Source: Octopus vulgaris (taxonomy: Eukaryota). Taken from it: a DNA stretch of 64,000 nucleotides. The stretch covers positions 201,624,001 through 201,688,000 of the forward strand of contig OX597815.1 in assembly GCA_951406725.2 (NCBI GenBank), written 5' to 3'. Numbering within the stretch: position 1 is the stretch's first letter; every line of letters starts with the position of its first letter. Positions 59,361-64,000 of this stretch are shown here, piece by piece. The notes beneath the pieces were generated by a model that saw nothing but the letters and a program-made list of their open reading frames with translations, was not told the DNA's origin and searched no databases. The translations under genes were made by a program, and so were the position numbers.

Positions 59361-59599
59361 CAATAGAATTAAAACGCGGCCTTCGGGCTAAAACATGTTT
59401 TAAGGATTTAAGGAATTATGCGGAGCTGAGCACAAATACATGTTCGTTTCGTTATACCCACTTTTGTCTGGGTATAACGAAAAATGATATAGATGAGCCT
59501 GTGAGCAGACTATAGCATATGTAAAATAGGAGGTACCTCTACAAAGCTTTAGGATTATGTGCTGAAGCTAGTAGTACAAGGCCAATATAAAATTTGTAA

Positions 59600-59870
59600 G
59601 TTCTCAATTCTGTAGATCCCAATCTCTCATAATTTCAATATACACTTCACGTTGGTCTTGGCTCATATGTTCTATTATTTGCTGATTTCTTTCCCTCCTA
59701 TGCCGTATGATACGCTCCTTCATTTCTTGGCTTATGTCGTTTCTTCTGTGTCTTATCTCCGCGCGATTTTGATTCTTCTTTTCCTCCCGCTGTTCCTCGC
59801 GCAACCGTTCTCTCCTTTCTACGCTGATGCTCTGGTGCTGCCCCCCCCCCATGCAATTTTCCATATTTTA
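59600..59870 (-). mobile_element. Possible Helitron RepHel N-terminal charged-repeat fragment
   Basis: E/R/Q-rich ORF (ERRERLREEQR...SQDQRE) resembles Helitron N-termini; composition-level evidence only. Confidence 0.35.
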
Positions 59871-60283
59871 AAACTTCTTATTAAAACAATAAATCTCCAA
59901 AATGATTCAGAGTGTTTCGAATGAAAAAAAAACAACATATACCAATGTATTAGACAATTTTTGTTTTTGTTTAAAAGGTGAAAATATTTCTGAAATACTC
60001 ACCTAACACAGAAGGATATAAGATACGGTAATTGATTATATTGTAGGAGAGTAAAAAGTAAAGGGGGAAAATGGAATTAGTATCTTTAGATTTTGTTCGG
60101 CTCTATGAATTTTATTTTTTTTTAAATACTTACGCAAATTGCTCGATTCGATAAAAAGGAAATTGGGAAAATCCTGATCGAACAGAAATTCTAACTTTAC
60201 AAAAAGTATAGTAACAGTTGAGTCAATTTCCACCAGGCGATATTTATTATCCTACATACACAGATACACACACGCATACATTC

Positions 60284-60331
<48 letters not shown>

Positions 60332-60921
60332 CTTAGTTTTTGTTTACTTGTACACATCAACAAATGAGCCAATCGAACAACTCTCTGTGGCTGATCAATT
60401 TGCTAAAATCTCTCTCTTACTATGTTTCCGTTAGTAATAAGGTAAGGGGAAAAATAGAATTAGTATTTTTAATTTTGTTCGGTTCTATGAATTTAAATTT
60501 ATCTTTAAATACATTCCTTTTTTTTTTACTTGATAAAAAGAAAAATGCTGACTAAAACAGAGAAATTTTAACTTTAAAAAAAAAATCTAGAAAGAGAAAG
60601 AAAAGGATGTATTCGAAAGCCAACAGATGTTTTTTTTTTTTTGTTTTAGCTCAGGTGTAACTATATAATTAAGACAAATTCAAAATTTAAATCTCAGAAT
60701 ATGTTATCTGGTCTATGGACGAATTCAAATGGGTGGAATACTTAAAACAAATGTGTGTGCGTGTGTGTGCGTATGTGCGCGCGCGCGTGTGTATGTGTAT
60801 GTGTGTGTGAGTAAGTGTGTGTAGTTGTGCCTTTAATTGTCAGGGGTCAATTTCAGTTCAGTCGCACAAACGAATTCAAATAATCAGCCACTCCCATAAA
60901 TACAGTTTCATGCTGTCATTT

Positions 60922-60981
<60 letters not shown>

Positions 60982-61222
60982 TTCTCTCACTTTCTCTCTG
61001 ATACAAAAAAGAACTTATAGCTGGACGCGTGAAAATTCACGGAAAATATAAAACATTGTAAGCATTTGTAAATGTTTCTATATTGTGGCAGCCAAGGGCG
61101 GCGAGCTGGCAGAATCGTTAGCACGCCGGGCGAAATTCATCACTCACTGCATTCTATTCGTTGGTATTCATATATATGTGTATGTTTGTCAGTATGCATG
61201 TATTTAAATGTACACATGTGTA

Positions 61223-61264
<42 letters not shown>

Positions 61265-61269
61265 GTGTT

Positions 61270-61570
61270 AAAGCCTTTGGATTGGTGTGCTGTGTATTCG
61301 GCCCACAAAGGTAAGGACGTCAGTTGGATAGTGTCCTTGAGCAAGAGGTTGCATTTCACGTTGCTCCAGTCTACCAAGCTGGCAAAACTAAGTTCTACTC
61401 GTATTTCTAAAGAGCTAGACTTGTCACAATGTGTATAACGATGAATCTCCTCGAGAGCTACTTTAAGACTACGCGTGCCTGTGGTGTGCTCAGCCACGTA
61501 CACGTTAATTTCAGAGCAGACTGTTCCGTTAGTAGAATCAACTGGAACACTGGTCATTGTAATCTACGGA
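61270..61570 (+). mobile_element. Degenerate SINE, family E (CORE-like module plus family B central module)
   Basis: gtgtccttgagcaag...ttcacgttgctccagtc then cttgtcaca...gtgctcagccacgtacacgttaa. Confidence 0.75.
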
Positions 61571-61814
61571 TTATTATTACTAGGTAAGACATGATTAATT
61601 ATTGTAGAATGTCTACTTGAGCTCATTCAGAAGAAGATCAAGATTTAAATAGCAGCTGTCATTTATGTTATATACTCGACAACTCCTTAGAGCACAACTT
61701 GATAGCAAAGAAGGTGTATGTTTTACAATGATGAATTGAAATGAACTAGCACTGACTAATAACAGTATTCTTCGACAGAATAATAAACAATAATTTTCTA
61801 TTAAATTTTACTGT

Positions 61815-62780
61815 AAACTACTGACCTATATGCTGTGAGTCAATGGGCAGACAGAAACAAAATGCAACTGAATGAGGGAAAATTTGAGCTGATGCATTTT
61901 GGAAGAAATTCCTCACTAAAACAACCATACTCTCTTCCTTCAGGGGAACCGAACCGCTCACAGCCTCTAACAATATCAGAGACCTGGGTGTAATTGTTGA
62001 TGACGATCTCAGTTGGAGTGCACACATCAACAAGAAGGTCGATACAGCTCGTAGGATGAGTTCCTGGATCTTAAGTACTTTCCGGTCCAGAGAACAAGGT
62101 GTCATCATACCACTTTTTTCATCCTTTGTACGGCCACACCTTGAATACTGCTGCCCACTGTGGTCTCCTCACACAAGACAAAACATCTCCAGAATTGAGT
62201 CACCCCAGAGGGCTCTCACTAAACGAATTGAAGGCATGGCTGCTCTCGACTATTGGGATCGCCTTAAAGCCTTGAAACTTTACTCCCTCCAGCGTCGCCG
62301 TGAGCGGTACATCATTTGTACGATGTGGAAAATATACCGCCAACTTTGCCCAAACGACCTAAACATTTGCTTCAAGGTTCATCCGAGACTTGGACCACGG
62401 GCTATACGTCCCCTGCCAAATTCAAGATCACAACATACATGTACACTGCAACATAATTTCTTTTCCTCAACAGGCCCTGCCCTATTTAACATTGTCCCGA
62501 GGGAGATCAAAGAGGAAAAGAATCCCATCAACTTCAAACAGAGTCTGGATAGATTCCTTCAAAGAATACCAGACAAGCCACCCATAATTGGATACAACTC
62601 ACCCAACAAGAACTCACTACTTGAACAAAACTGGATACAACTCACTCAACAAGAACTCACTACTTGAACAAAACTTGACTTAAACAGGATTCGAATAATC
62701 CTATCAGGTGGTGCTATTAAGTTAGACATGGCCTAGACCAATCTCTGGTCGAAACATATCTAAGTTTTCTAAGTTTTTTA
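61815..62780 (+). mobile_element. CR1-group LINE 3' fragment (RT thumb/C-terminus, ORF 62056-62667)
   Basis: RDLGV, FVRPHLEYCCPLWSP, YWDRLKALKLYSLQRRRER, FKQSLDRFL; tail with stem-loop and (ctaagtttt)2. Confidence 0.92.
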
Positions 62781-62891
62781 TGTCACTCTTTGATATCTCA
62801 CTTTTCTCACTGCCATATGTCATTCAACGGAGAAGAGCTTTTGTGTGTACTTTCCGAGTGACTTCTGCAGAAACTTAATACATTTTAATAA

Positions 62892-62971
<80 letters not shown>

Positions 62972-64000
62972 CGTGTGTGTGTGTGTGTGTGAAATCCCAG
63001 ACTTGTCTAGCCTGCTTGATGATCCCCAGTACGAAGGCACCCATTAACTTTTGCCAAAGCTTGTCTCTAGGAGAATGTCACTTTTGTATCAAACCAGGTA
63101 TGCAGCGAATGACATGGAACATTTTGGAGAAGTTTTACTTGGGTATGAGAGCAGGGTGCTTCCACAATCTTACGGTTGTGACCCATTTTCGCTTTGAATA
63201 TCTTGCACCGGTTTGCCTCTGATTTATATTATATCAGTAGGGTGGTGAAGGTCCGTGAGTTGCCGGTGAGGTGACCACATGATGCCGAGTTGAGAAAAGC
63301 ACTTCGGCGAGCATGGATGACGTGGACGCGAACCCGGGAGAAACGAACTGATACTGCAATAACCACATGGACTCTCATTGCTGTAGTTGAGACCATGAAA
63401 ATACGCAGAAATATGCCGCTTTTGAAATTTTAATTGCTACTGCAAGTGTTTGATCAGCTTGTTATCTCCTGATAATTAGTATCAGTTGTATGGTTATTAA
63501 ACAGCTGATCCAAGCAATGGCAAAATGTTTTTGAAACCTAACATATGTAATAAATTCATAATTAGTTCCGAGTAAAAATAAATGTGCTAACCCTCGTATC
63601 ATTAATGTCAGTAGCCTTATGTTATCTCATATCACACAATGCATTTGTTTGAGTAAAATTTTGTTATATGCTTAATAAGGGGTGGAAATCTTTATAGCAC
63701 CCCATAGTTTATACTTTATTTAAATTTGATCATCCAAATTGATAATACGTATATTATGTTATCGGAATTTTGGAAGGCTGCTAATTTCCAGTGATTCACA
63801 ATTAATTCTACTTGCCTATTTTTTGTCTCTCTTTTGTCTATCTTTTTTTTTTACACGTAATATAAACAGCATATGCCCTCCAAGAATTTATCAGCCACCA
63901 TATATATTATTCTCCTACTCAGATAATTTCCAGCATCTTATTTCACCTTTTTGCTTGCATTATGGAATTTAGTAGACATTGAAATGGCGAATACATAATT

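Noticed and set aside
62990-63350. GC-richer segment with a weak GIY-YIG C-terminal resemblance (RKIVEA)
   Set aside because: No diagnostic motif set; left unassigned

Overview
AT-rich eukaryotic intergenic or intronic DNA packed with microsatellites. The SINE families and the repeat landscape point to a coleoid cephalopod, most likely Octopus (inference from recognition, no search run). No host protein-coding exon, rRNA, tRNA gene or CRISPR array could be supported, and nearly all supplied ORFs are microsatellite or antisense artefacts. The window is a mosaic of decayed mobile elements: a Ty3/Gypsy relic with its 3' LTR, a Penelope-like RT/GIY-YIG relic, a Tx1/L1 3' fragment, an internally deleted Helitron with both termini, two R4/Dong-type RLE LINE fragments, three CR1-group LINE 3' fragments, RTE relics and more than 10 tRNA-derived SINEs. 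The main signal not shown by the ORF track is a set of about 8 type I hammerhead ribozyme motifs from at least 5 sequence families. They sit in short non-coding elements (Penelope pLTR/retrozyme-like), most of which lie in or against (TA)n tracts, and two of them form long fold-backs. Other points of note are a SINE/LINE shared 3' stem-loop with compensatory changes, a twin-priming-type 5' inversion in an RLE LINE, module-swapped SINEs, a near-perfect 979-bp tandem duplication and an unidentified coding-like relic at about 1.6-7.9 kb.
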